Positions 38,046-51,798 of a stretch of DNA of 64,000 nt are shown here, piece after piece. Made by a program: the position numbers and the translations under genes. Under the pieces are notes generated by a model. That model did no database searches. It saw nothing but the letters and a program-made list of their open reading frames with translations, and had not been told where the DNA came from. Within the stretch, counting starts at the first letter, position 1. Every line of letters starts with the position of its first letter. Origin of the DNA: Paragordius varius (lineage: Eukaryota; Animalia; Nematomorpha); contig OZ176056.1 of NCBI GenBank assembly GCA_964247055.1, positions 6,634,001 through 6,698,000 on the forward strand, given 5' to 3'.

Positions 38046-39544
38046 AGGGCTTCTTAAACTTTTCTGAGTCGCGACCCCATTTATCATCGCAAATTTCTTG
38101 GCGACCCCAATAAATATAAAAGAAAAATAAATTAATATTTTTTGGGGATATATTTATTAGGAAACAAAATACATATGCATAAAAATATATAAATTTAGAA
38201 TTCGTTTTGAAACATAAAAAATTATAAATTAAAATTTGCACAAATATTTCGATTATTATATAATATATTGTATAAATTACTATGAATCAGAATTATAGAA
38301 ATTTATAAATACATATATTTTTGTCCATCTCTTAAAACCGAAATAATTATTGTTTTTGAAGGACGAGATCGAAATATTTTTAACTGAGTAAAAATGAGAA
38401 TTTGCTGCTTTTTTTCAAAATGACTTGTGGCTAAAGTGTTATTTGTCGGATATTTTTGCGAAGTAAACGATCCCAACTTGTATCTTCACTGAAAAACATG
38501 CATATATATACTTCAAGCGATAAAATTGCAAGTTTTATTAAAAAGATCAGCATTTGGAAAATTAGAGTTGAAAAAAATTCGTTTGAAATGTTTTCCAGTG
38601 TCTACAATTTTGTAATTGAGAAAATTGATTGTAAAACTTATATTGAACTTTGTAGATCACTAAAAAGTGCTAGAAATACATCTCCTGACATATTTTATAT
38701 TAAATATTATTAAATTATTTGGATTCAAAAGCCTTGGATTGGCTTAAGTAAGATTGATCATCTGCCACTCAAAACTCAAGAGGAATTTGCTAAGATTTTA
38801 AAACTACAATTCCAAAAAATCCCTTGAATGAATTCTGGATCTAAACTAGGACTGAATCAATCGCCGACATGAAATGTATTTCTGTCATTCAACACCACAT
38901 ATTTATGTGAAGTTACTTTCTCAGCTTTAACCGTTTAGCGATAAAATATGTTGTAGAGGTACCTAGTTTCAAACATTATACCAAGATTACAGTCTTTCAA
39001 AATATTCTTTAGGTATATTGACATACGAAAAAACATGCTTTGATTCAAAATGTCTTCTTCATTTCATACTCTCCGAAGCCAATAATTCATTGCATATCAA
39101 ACAAAGAGGTTGTTCATTACCATTACAATTTTGAAATGTGAAGCCAAATTGAAGATAAGATTCATCATATTTTCTTTTTCGCACATTAGATGTCTCTTTT
39201 TTAATACTTTGTCCTGACTGAGAAGAATTTGTTGGATTAATATCTGCGTCATTACAATTCTTATTTAACAGCCATTTATCCATGGGCAAAAATTATTTTT
39301 ATCCTAAATAAATATATAAAAATAACATATTGCAGATTATATTTGATTATTAATTACCGAATAAAAAGAAAACTAGTCTTGTTACCGAGGGCACTGACAA
39401 ATTAAAACTAGAAGAGCAAATATAATTGTTTTTTCACAAAAGACGTTCCCAAAGACAATTTTTTCTTCAATCTTAATTAAAATATGTGAATTAGCTATGT
39501 TCGGAAGAGATATGCTGGTATAAACAATTTTTCGGAACCAGATG

Positions 39545-39575
<31 letters not shown>

Positions 39576-39689
39576 TTGTTATTTTTTTATAACAATAATT
39601 TTACAAGTTAAAAAACATTTTTTGTTAAATTGAATTTTTATCACTCGCGACCCCAAATGGGGTCGCGACCCATAGTTTAAGAACCCCTG
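38046..39689. mobile_element. hAT Buster-group (ZBED5/SCAND3-like) transposon, internally deleted and inverted
   Basis: TIRs cagggcttcttaaac / gtttaagaacccctg. The N-terminus (RKRKYDESYLQFGFT...CLICNELLASESMK) is on the minus strand at 39289-38950; C-terminal motifs (WLKCYLSDIF, DKIASFIKKISIWK, FNTTYLCEVTFSAL) are on the plus strand at 38350-38940. TSD not intact. Confidence 0.85.
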
Positions 39690-39989
39690 TAAAGTGTTTG
39701 TTAAAATTTATAATACTTTTATCGTTCGATTTTCGGCTTTAAACCTGTAGTATTCATTATTACTAATGCTTACGAGTATATAGCATTTATTATAGCTTTA
39801 ACAGCCGAAACCCACCATCTTTCTTTAAAACGTTTATTTACTTTTCTCCAGATTTTCTGGTTGCCGGATAGTAAGGGCATACACGGCGTAAAAAACGGTT
39901 GCTCCATAATTTATTTCAGTATTTCATCGCTAATTCACTTTTCTTTCTCGCTATTTGCTTGTTCTTTTTATTTCAATACATTATAACAA

Positions 39990-41940
39990 AACATAAGGAT
40001 GCCTTCAAATCCCACACCCAATACTAAACATATCATTCGTTGGGCCACTTGGAATAATCTTTAAAAAGAAGGAGCCAGGAAATAGCAGCTTTGATGTTCT
40101 CCAAGTACATCGAAATTTGATGCGTCCAAGAAACTTGCTGGAAGAAATCTGGTTCCAAAAGCATTCTGGCTGGATCTAATGGCCGTTCATCAGGTGTCGG
40201 AGTTTATGTCAAAAATTCCATCGTACCCAATATCATATCGGTTGATAACTCATCAGAAAGATTAGTATTAAAAATTAAATTCAACAAAAAAATCTATCAT
40301 ATTTAATCCGTTTACACTCCGCAAATCGGTGATTCAGATTATAAGGATTTATTCTGGTTAGCTTTATATGAAAAAGTCACTGCTATTCCACACAATGATT
40401 TTATATTTATCGGGGGTGACCTAAACTCCTATTGTGGTAAAGAATCTTTACATTCAGTACATGGAGGTTTTGGAATGGATGACTTAAATGAAAATGAGTT
40501 TAAAAAGATGATAATAATTTGCTAACCTATATATCCGGCATAAATCGCTCGATGATTATAATAATATCAAGAAAAGAAGACAAATCTAATTTTAAAAATA
40601 TTAGTTCTATCCCCGCTTTAGAACTACAGCACAAACTCATTATTGCTGAATTATATAAATTAAAATCAACACAATCAGCCATTGAATAAAAAACCTAAAT
40701 TTAGATATAAAAAATAGTCGATAATAATATCAATAATAGATTGATACTCGGCACGAAAAATTCCCTAAAATTAAAAACAACTTCTCCGGACACCTTTAGA
40801 ATTCCTTTAAATAACTGTATTGAATCACTAGAGAACAATGTAGGCAGAATATCTAAAAATAAAAAGGCATTTAAATGCCTAATAGATATAATTAAGGAAA
40901 ATGAATGCACTTTCCAAAAATGGAATAAAGAGAAAAGTGCTAACACCAAAATGAATTATATTCAAACTAAGAATTGCCGTAAATCGATCAGAGAATCAAT
41001 GAGGAAAATGGGTGAAGAAAAGGCCAAAGAATTAGAAAAAGCTATATCTTCCCAATATGCATATAGATGGGTTAAACATGATAATAATAATATTAAAACC
41101 GAAACAACTTCAATACGATTAGCCGATAATAGTATAACCCAAGATGCCGAAATTATAAAAACCACATGTTATAACCACTTTTTTAATATTTTTAATAAAT
41201 CAAAAATACCCATGGAAATCAAAAATTCACCCAATATATTCATCATTTCAGCCATTTACAAATGATGAGATAGAATTTTGTTTAAAAAATCTGAAAAATA
41301 ATATGCCCAGGTTTATCGGAAATCATAAATGATGTATTTAAGGCCCTAGATCATAATTTATTTGTAGATTATTTTAAAAATCTTGCGAACAAGATATCAA
41401 TAGATAATATCATACCCACTGATTGGCTGAAAAGCTATACAATCCCAATTTATAAGGGCAAAGGAGATCGTTTTAACGTTTCCAATTTTCGTCTCATACG
41501 CATCTTAGAACATGGTTTTAAAATCTTTGAAAATCTGTTAGCCAACATAATCCTTTGACACTGCAGTATAGATTCTATGAAATTTGGAATTTTAAAAAAC
41601 AAGGGGACCATAGATGCAATAATTATAATATGCCAATTACAAAATGTTTACCTAAGACATCTACCTCTCCATTATGCGTTTGTAGACATGGAACAGGCTT
41701 TCGACTCAGTAGCGTAACACCTGATTGGTTGGTCGCTCAGAAGGCAAGGTATAGATTAAGTATTTAAAATCTGAAATGATAAACGTACAAGACCAATATT
41801 TCTAGAGAGATGCCATCCGTAAAAGGGTTGCCTCTTTGTTGGGAGAAAAAAACCTATTTAAGGTTAAAGACAGTCCTATTTGTTAGCCCTGGATTATTTA
41901 TATAACCTTTATCATTACGATTGCGAAATATTTAGAAAAA
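39990..41940 (+). mobile_element. Degenerate RTE-clade LINE (APE endonuclease plus partial RT)
   Basis: SGVGVYVK, SVYTPQIG, FIGGDLNSYCG, QHKLIIAEL, IPTDWLKSYTIPIYKGKGD and AFVDMEQAFD, with stops and frameshifts; 3' truncated. Confidence 0.85.
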
Positions 41941-42529
41941 TGTTATTTCTTATTTTGCGATCCAAAACGATAGAATATATTAAATATATTTTGAGATTTG
42001 AAACGGTATGGTTTCTTTTAATATTTATATATTTTTTCTTTTAATGAATTTTTTACAGTATGTAGACTTAAATTATATAACCATTCAAATTTTAAATAAG
42101 GAAAAATGATTTATCCTAAGTTCCGTGATGGATTGAAGAGAAGATATTATTTATAATAGTCATATTAAATTTTTATTTTATTTTTCCTTTGATATGTGAC
42201 ATATTTTTGAGCAAAAAACCGTACGTACTTGCACCTATAACTTTTTTAAATAGATATGGCTGTTTATTTTACTTGAAACAACATTTTGCAGGTCCGGTTT
42301 GGCAATGTGCCAAAAACATATATATATTCACGTAAAAAACATTGTCCGCTTACTAAACAAATACCTTTTAATTAATCCAAATCTATTATGAATTATTCAT
42401 TCCTTTTGCAAATGGACAAATATATTTTTGCCTTATACCTTATATCGGGTAAGATTTATAATTTATGGCGTTTTTGGAATTTTTTTTTAAAAAATTTGAA
42501 ATACGTGATAATTTTTATCATTTGATATG

Positions 42530-42580
42530 CAGAGGCGTAGCTAGAGGGACCGGGCGCCAGATATGCAAGCTACGCCTCTG
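42530..42580. mobile_element. 51-bp mini-element with 13-bp perfect TIR
   Basis: CAGAGGCGTAGCT ... AGCTACGCCTCTG; no TSD seen. Confidence 0.6.
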
Positions 42581-42704
42581 TGGAGCGAAGAACCCGTTTT
42601 TTTAAAAACGCTTTTTTGTTAAAAATACACAGCATTAAATTTGTTTTCAATACTTTAGCTTAGTGTAGTAAACTGTAAAATTTTTAATTTGATTATTATT
42701 TTTA

Positions 42705-42925
42705 ATAAAAAATTTGTTCCTCTATCTAGCCTTTACTTTGGTAACGACTCTAAGTATAGATTCAATATGTTTTTACCAAAAGACTCTGGCCCATGTTACG
42801 CATCTTTTCCTCGTTGGTATTTTGATGCAAAAGGTAAGAAATGCAAACCCTTTACTTACGGTGGATGTCAAGGGAACGCAAATCGATTTGAAACGAAACA
42901 TGAATGTCGAATAAAATGTTTTTAG
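42705..42925 (+). pseudogene. Single-domain Kunitz/BPTI protease inhibitor with a 1-nt frameshift and no ATG (pseudogene or sequencing error)
   Basis: [50 protein letters not shown] has five of the six Cys. The signal-like leader and first Cys ([22 protein letters not shown]) are in another frame; one extra T in the run at 42760-42764 restores C-F-L-P. The leader begins ATA AAA. Confidence 0.85.
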
Positions 42926-44053
42926 GTTCAAACACATATAAGAAAAAGTGAAATGTATTAACAATTTATTCTTGCTCTATACGATGATTTTTACTTATTT
43001 TTATTTTTATATATTTTGTAGAATATAAATAAATACTAATTAGTCCCAATGTAATTTTCACATTCAAAATGCATATTCCACGTGTTCTAAAGATTAATCA
43101 GGGCAAAGGCCAAATTTTGTCTTAGCATATTTCACAGCAATGGGTAAAGATAGAAAAAGTTATCCCATTTATTTTTAATCCTAAAAATAAATGACTTTTC
43201 TAAAATTTTTCTCGTTAAAAGCTTCTACTTTCGGAGCTATTTCGTGTTCTGTGATATTGTATAAAAGAGGTGTGCTTGTCGTTTGTCCTAACTTTCATAT
43301 TTGTCAAATGGAGAAACCCAGGTATATCTAATAATGATTATATTAATATAGTGTAGATGGAGTTTAACTAATTATATCTGAATTTTTTAAAAACAATTAA
43401 GACATATGGGAGGAATTCTACTTTAAAACCAAAGCCGAAAATATATATCAAGATGATATTAACGCTCTGCGGTGTTCAAAAATTTTATGTTAATAGCACT
43501 TAAGGGGAATCAATTTTTTTATTTCCTAAATTATAGCGAGCATACTCTATAACACAATTTTTGCTTTAATCAAGAAGCTCTGTATAGTTTTAACCGTATA
43601 TTATAGTAATCTTATATTAACTGAACTAACTATTTCGATGTAAACTGGAGTTATCGATTGCCCTATGTGCCATCAAGTACAAAAAATATACTATAATCTG
43701 ATTTTTTTATATATTATTGATGCATTTACATATTAAAAAAATACATATATAATAGATATATTCAATCATCTATAAATAGATATATCGTTATACTAATGTA
43801 TAAACATGTACTAGCCATTTCGGATTTTCCCTTATAAGGAGATGTTATGATAAACAACAACCCATAATTACATATAATTATTACCATATAAGGTAATGTT
43901 TTGATGTATTTTATAACTAAACAATTGATTTTTGCCACGTTGAACTAATACATTGGAGCACATATACATTTTATAATATAAATATACAGTATTGATAGTT
44001 TATTTTTTTATTTTCCTAAAATTTTTGGATAGTTTTTTTGTATTTTGTTAAAA

Positions 44054-47000
44054 ATGAATCAGAATAGGGTAACTGTATGGTTTTTGTCGCTATGCATATT
44101 CAATTTGGTATGCATTGCGAGAATTATTTGCCAAGATTCGATTACCGATGACCAACAATTAAAAGCTTACGCTAACATTCAGGGGCCTACAGATTATGAA
44201 AAAGACCATAATAAATATTTTTACGCTTACAATGTGAATTCAACAAAAAAGATCATAAAAAAATGTGATAAGATCAAAAGAACAGAGAATTGGGAGACAT
44301 CCAATCTTTCGATACAACTCTTGGCTGAAAACAGTGGAATTTATGCGTGTGACACTGGCAAAAAAAATATAACCTATGATTTTTGGATCAGAGGTGTATT
44401 TAATTTATATATATCTATTTCTCGTACAATAAAAGAATTAGTTATCTTTATTTAATTCCTATTTTTTTCGACACGTATATCAAAAAGGTATATTTCACAA
44501 ATAGTTTAGAAATTTTGATTGATAGAACTCTATAAAAGTTGCGCTCACAAAAAACACAGTGTGGTAATATTTTTTTAAAATGGATTGTTTTTGGATATAT
44601 ATAATAAAATTATTTTAAAAAAAGCTTAATTCCTACATATCTTTTATAGATATTCCAAATGTGGAATGGACATATGGAGGTGACTTCACAGCACAAATGC
44701 CCTTACCCAAACGTTTACTTAAAGTGCTTGACACAAACGCCCTTAAAGCTAATAATATCCCCAAAAATGAATACATAATAAGTGCTGACATAGAAAAAGA
44801 ACTATTATATTTTACCATGAAAAATCATTCATCACTTTCTCCTGCTGGCACTATTCTTATTAAGGACGACGGGTCTGCTTTGGCCAATTTTCAATATACT
44901 ATAAAAGGTTTATTTGATAAAAAGGATTTATTTTTTGATTGGTTGACAAAGCGGTAAATAATTTGTTAAAAATAGCAAATAATATAATCTATTAATAAAA
45001 ATATTTTCATGGAAGTATAGCCTTTTGTTGAAAAAGCTGTTTTAGGAATTAATTTTTTTTTATAAAACTTTACATAAAATTAGATGACAGTGACAGTAAA
45101 CACAAGGATCAACAGACCCAATTTTTTAAACAAAATAAAACTTAAAAATGAAAATACTTTTGCAACTCTTAGTTTAATTAGATGTTAAAATCAAATTATT
45201 CGTTTGATTGGGTCTATATATTTTAAATAAACTTTTTTATGGAACAAAAGTTTTATCCGAGTTCACTTTAATAGTTCCATATTTGTTTCTTAATTTACAG
45301 CTAGCTACTTTTATAATGTATATCCAAAAAATATTATTAAAAAAATCATATACTATTATATGTAAGATTTATAACAATACAATAAGGTGAATAAATTGCC
45401 AATAGTTTGTCTATTTTATTGTGACTAAAATATTCTAAGACAAAATTATGTTTGATTTCCTTACGTAAAGGTTTGTTAAACGCTTAGCACTCTAATACCT
45501 TGTGGGGTAGTTTACCAATGTAACTGAATATTGGCGCTTTATACAAAAATTTATATAAAACGGGGAATTGGAAAAAAATACTCATCTTAAGTTTTTTGCC
45601 GCCCGTTCTATAATTTTAAATCGCTAATTTAACAGGTAAATTAATGTATGTCATGGATAGAAAATGTAAATATTTAACTTTCTTTCAGGCTACATTTTAC
45701 CACTCAAATCTTGATATATTTTAAATTTAATATCAGCTGTTTTGTATTTTGAAAATATCCCAATTTTAAATCTAAAAGTCACAATACTGTAAAAATATAA
45801 GCTTTTTATCTGCATGATAATCAGAATTTGTAAAATAACTTTAAAAACTGTAGTTTATTAACAAAATTGAGCTCTGGGATGTAAAACTCCGCAAACGGTA
45901 ATGAGCTGTATATTAATATGGAAAGGGTAGGATTTGATGTAGATATTCAAGGTTAATTCTTTTACGTATTTTAGCGGCATAAAATATAATTTGTGTTGAT
46001 AACACTAGACAACAAATTTTCTTCGCCACTCTATTTTTTGCATTTTCTGATATTCACTATCATTATAACTGTAAATCTGATCTAAGAATTATAATTCCAC
46101 CTAAGAATAGTATAATTTGTTTTTTTGATTATGAACCCTCCTAATCAAAATATTACTTAGAGACTTTTCTTTAATAATATTCAGCAAATGCCCATTTGTA
46201 ACATACTATTCGAAAGAGTAATGAAAACGCTATATAATGCACATTAATATGTTTTACATTGATAGTTAATTGGGCATAGAAAGCGACAAACCCGCGATGC
46301 GAAAGCATTTTTAATTAATATCTTTTTAATAAATGTAAACAATTCAAACGTTTAGGAGACTGCAAAAAAAGATGATACACTAAATTTTTTTGATTAATCA
46401 CTTTTAGAGCTTTAATGTCATTTAAAACAGCCCTTTTTTATTTATTTAAAAATTTCAAAGACAGAAATAATTATCGTAGTGTTTATTATTTACGGTTAAA
46501 TGCATTTCAATATAAAACTAAGTAAAATATAATGTTTATTATAAAAAAACAAACCAAAAGATTTTTTAAAGACTTTTTTAAATAAATATAAAATTATTTA
46601 AAAAAAAATATACAATCCACTCTCGTATGTTGATTTGATATGACGGCGTGTTATTTGTAAGTAAAACCAGATAGCCCTGATACAATGAAACTGAAACCAA
46701 TTGGTAAATAGTAAAATGAAACCGTGCTTTTATACACATATATTGTTAAACCGATCACCATGTTTCAAAACCAAAATAAATCATACACAAATTACCATCA
46801 TGCTTATAAAATTTATTTATCATATATAGGTGATTACATACCCCTTCTGATGACGTCGTCTCCGATCTATTTTGTATGTAATAAATCGTTTGACTCTCAA
46901 TTCCAAACTCCATATAAAATGTATATGAAAACAGACAAGGATAAACTACCATTAATTGCAGGGGACTTAAAAAATTCCAAAAATTCTTTAAACATATCTT

Positions 47001-50000
47001 ATAATGACTCTTATTTTGGACGGGCTGTTACATACCACCAAGAGACGGGGAGAAGCATTTGTGCCATTGATCTTATTAAAATAAGTATATTTATATATAT
47101 ATATATATATATATATTCTGTGCGGAAAAAAGAGGGCTAATTTTAACAATATTTTTCATGAGATGGCTTATGACCAGCGTATTGATTTGCCGCAAAAATT
47201 TTTATTTGATGACGACCTAGTTTTTGGAATAAAGAAAAAATCAAATCAGCCAAAAAATGAAAGTTATGGATAATCAGGGATAATAATGATAAAATTGGAG
47301 AAATTATGGTTTATTATCATTTTAGGTATATTCAATATATAAATAGCCTAAAATCATATAGTAAGGCCTTCTATAAATTGTTATGTCAAAAGATCGTTTT
47401 TTTAACTTACTTAAGAGACAAAAATTTTTATGAAACTCTATTAAAATAATTTTTTTAATTTTACCAGCTAAACTTACTATAAAATATTAACATTCATATT
47501 TTATTCAGTAAAAAAATATATAAAACAATCTGGTTTATTAGTTTTATTTGGAAACTAACATGAGTGGGAGTTATAAAGTATTTTATGCAAAAAAAGGATT
47601 TAAAAGTTGTGGAATATCAACCAATAATCCTTGCGAATCCATCTAACAAGTCTGTTTTAAGACAAATTAATATTTATTGGGTTTTGTAAGGATTTTTGGT
47701 TGATATTCCGCTACTTTTAAAACCTATTTCGCACAAAATATATACTTTATAACTCCCACTCATGTAAGATTTCAAAATATAACAGTAAAATTTTTATACA
47801 CCTATAAACCAGACGATAAAAAAATGCAAAAATTAAAAATTTTTGGTTTTATTCTGATATATAAGTTTTATAAAAATAGGAATGTTAAGACTTTAGTAGT
47901 GAGATTAGCTAGTCAATAATTTATTTTAATATTTTGTCTTTTAACTGTGTTAAAAAACGACACATTTTGACCTTAGATTTTATTGAAACCCTGACTATAT
48001 GATTTTATGCTATTTATACATTGAAAATATCTCCTAAAATGATAATAAACCATAATATCTCAATTTTTTTATTACTTTTTTAATATCCTTGATTATCCCT
48101 AATTTTCACTTTTTGCCCGATTTCGATTTTCTTTCAATATTTCAAAAACTAGGTCGTCAACAAATAAAAATTTTTTCGGCAAACGAATACGCCGGTCATA
48201 AGCTATCTCATAATAAAATTATTTTGTTAAAAATTTTTATGCATATAGTCTATGTATGATTTATATCCCTTTATATATGTTGCAAAATATTCTCTGAAAT
48301 TTTGTAAGAAAGATGTTGAATTTAAAAGATGATTATATTTTTTTTAACAATTTTAAGCATCATAAATATAATACCAATATATTTGAGGCTTTCCCTCATT
48401 AGACTTTCCTTATATCCACGCAATATATATTTTAACAAAAATTATTAAATATATATATATATATATATAATATGTATGTATATATTAAAATGTTAGTTAA
48501 TAAGGATATCTACGGAGAGATCAAAAAGGAAACAAAATTCACCTTAAACCTCCCTGACTTAAATATCGATTGCTTCAATTCTTCCACTTTAGAGGTGGGT
48601 AATATCAAGGAAAATACTTACACTTTTACTATAAAAGCCATGAGTGATAATAATATGCATGTTATTGAAAGTTGTGGCAAAACTTATCACATTTACTTAT
48701 GGGAAACATCAGGTAAATGCTTATAACGCAATTAATTTGCTCCTTAAACTTTATGTATTTGTTAAATTTTTTTTATTTATTTTAGAGCTTATGTCCTTTA
48801 ATGATTTATATGATGGATAATACATAAAAGCAAAATATAGAAATTAAAATTAATGGCACTTTTTTATAAGTAAAAATGTTCTCGTTGATAAATATAATTA
48901 TAGACACAGGAAATTATTTATATAAAAAAATTTTTATGGAATGAGAATTATAATTTTATCTATTTTAATTTCATAGATAAAGTTTTGTTACTATCGCCGG
49001 AACAAGTGTCACTTGATTATGCGATCAGAGATTCTGCAAGAATTTTACCATCAGTTGTAATTAAAAATAAAATGGCATCCTTAGTAAAGGGAAATTATAC
49101 CTTAACGGATGGCAACACAAAAATAAAAATCCAAGTCTATGAAACAAGTAGGATTATTCCTGAAACATAAGTTTTTGCAATACATATATTTAGCTATTAA
49201 GTGTAAATTTTGTACAAAACATAATATAAATTCTTTTGTAAGCCATATTGTAGCAGCCAATGATTATATGTATTAACGGTCATATAATTTTATTATAAGT
49301 TGTGTTTAAAAGATTTCATATACTGTCAAAAACGTTGGTAAAATGTTGACCTTTAAATATATCCTTTGAACAATTTAAAATATTTTAATGGGGTAAATAC
49401 TAAATATTATAAGAAATTTTAACTTAAAACCTTAATTCTTGCCTAGAAAAAGCGAAACAGATAATAAAACTCCCATAATTAGGGTTGACTACGAACCTGA
49501 AGTGTGGGTTCACCAGATATTAAATATTGTAACAAGCCGTTTCAATTAACATAAGAATGATGCAATGTATTTTAAAATTTACTTATTTTTTATTCGTAGC
49601 GATACTAAAATATTTTAAATATAGCAGTAAGGCATGATAACGAACCAAATATATCTTTGGTCAACAAACTATTATTTAAAAAATACTCAAACTATATGCA
49701 ATAATAAGTTTTCATGATAATGCAGGAAAAAATCCCTTTTTCTTATCTAATTTTTTTTATCAGTAATTGAATCTATAAACTCCTCAACTGATTATTAATA
49801 AATTTGAAATAGAAAAAGTTGAAGTATTTGTTGATCAGAAAAATGATCAAACCATAGTTCATCTCGATCCTAATACGATGGATTTGCAGTGTTTTTCGGA
49901 CGATTTAACGGACCTTGGAATCAATACAAGAACTAATCAAATGACTCTAAAACGAACATCAAAGTTTGCAATAAAAAGTTTGAAGTTCCCAAGATGTTAT

Positions 50001-51268
50001 ATTCAAATTGATTTCCATTTAATACCAACAAGTAATAAATTTTGGTTTTTGTCTTCAAATTATCTCCTTTTAAGATCATACATTTAAAATAAATTAATTC
50101 TTTTAGCGTTAATCTTGGTCAAATCAAAAGATAAAGTCACCCTTAATTATCAAAACATAGGCGTTGTGCCAACAATCAATAATATGCAAAACCAAAGTCA
50201 TATTATAAACGCAGTCCAACATTTTGGGGAATATTCAATGCTAAATAATAAGAATCAAAAGATAGAAAGCTTTTGGTTGATTCGTTCATGTATGTTATTA
50301 TATTTGCTTGAGCATATTTGCACTTCAAGGGTGTCTACCAACACTTAAAGTTGATTCTTGAACATTTCATGTTGGTATTTTTTTGTTTGGTTTTTATTAA
50401 TCAAACGAATCCTATTCATTCATCTATTTTATCTTTTAATCTCTCCTCTTATTTAGCATAATTATTAAATCAATACCAACTTTTAATCATTCGGAAACCG
50501 ATTAATCTTTATTCATTTTAAAAAATTAATTCGGTATATTAATAAGATACTAGCACGTAAGTATAATATGTTTTTTGCGTTATTATCTACAATTTTTCAT
50601 TGGAAACATTTGAAATTAATAATTTTGTTATACTAAAATTTTAACAAAGTGGGTTCAAATAAACATTTTTAAACGAATAAACATTTAATAAATAAATTAG
50701 GTTAAAAATAATATAATAAAAAAAATAATGCAGAAATTATGGTTGAATTAAAACTTAAAATTTTTATGGACCACCTTGCAAGTGTTTCAAAACCAACTTG
50801 AAATGTTAAAGAACCATCTTGATGTGTTGAAGGACCAACCCGAAATGTTTAAGAGCCAACTTGAAGTGTTTAAGTCGACTCTTGAAGTGCAAATTATATA
50901 TCTCTATATTATTATTTATCAATATAACATTCATTACTTTATTTAAATACAGTTAATTTGGCGTTAAACCACTCAGAAAATATTTTTAATTTGGATGACA
51001 TGGAAGGAATAAAAAAACTTTGCCCACCGAATTGGCATATTGAGCTAAAAGCGATAGATGGCTCTGCTCAAAGGACTTTGTTTGAAATAAACCAAAACAC
51101 TCCATACAGTTTTACTTTAAACGGATACCCTGTTGGAACCATTATTAGAAGTGAGATATATATCCTAACGTCGCTCGAAATATATTATACTATAAATTTA
51201 ATATATATTTAATATATCCAATCTTTTATTTTAAAGAACGTACCAATGATGGCGAAAAGTATAATTAA
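44054..51268 (+). CDS. Orphan secreted modular protein, 621 aa, 9 exons with all introns phase 1; first module Ig-like
   Basis: Exons 44054-44393, 44650-44907, 46830-47084, 48497-48712, 48977-49147, 49813-50031, 50107-50283, 50953-51150, 51237-51268. All seven internal exon lengths are multiples of 3 with GT-AG ends. N-terminal hydrophobic signal (VWFLSLCIFNLVCIA); SGIYAC resembles the Ig F-strand motif; no transmembrane segment seen. Confidence 0.8.
47117..48246. mobile_element. Second palindromic foldback element, family C, opposite orientation, next to (TA)n
   Basis: The arms are homologous to 32318-33580, and its loop is the reverse complement of the first copy's loop. Confidence 0.85.
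50316..50894. mobile_element. MITE family B
   Basis: atttgcacttcaagggtgtc ... gactcttgaagtgcaaat, with subterminal repeats. Confidence 0.8.
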
Positions 51269-51760
51269 TCACCATACATTATCTCATTGTGCCAAATTTA
51301 GGGTCAAAAATATAGTTTTTCTAGTTTGATATTTTTGGAAAGTGACAGCTCTAAGAATCCAATAGAGTGAACTGATATAAGCAGTCGTTTTTAAAACATT
51401 TCGTTAAATTTCTCAAGTGGCTAAAACTTTGAAAATCAATTACAAATATCTGAGTCGGGTCAAAAATCTGAAAAAAATAAGTAAAGCAATTATCTAACGC
51501 CTAGTTTTTGCACATTAGCCCAACATTTGTATTAAAATCAAGTCATTAAACCATTCTGTACGTGTGAGAGAACAAAATATAGGCGTTGTAAATAATTAAT
51601 AGTAAATTTTTATTCAAACTAGTTTTGTGATTATAGTTGATAAGAAACAATTTTTTTAACATATGATGAGGTTATTCACTTGTTTTTTTAATTGTTAAAT
51701 AACATTAGTGTCCATGTGCATTTTTTCTTAAAATTGATCTTTTAATTAAAAAATCCCATA

Positions 51761-51798
<38 letters not shown>

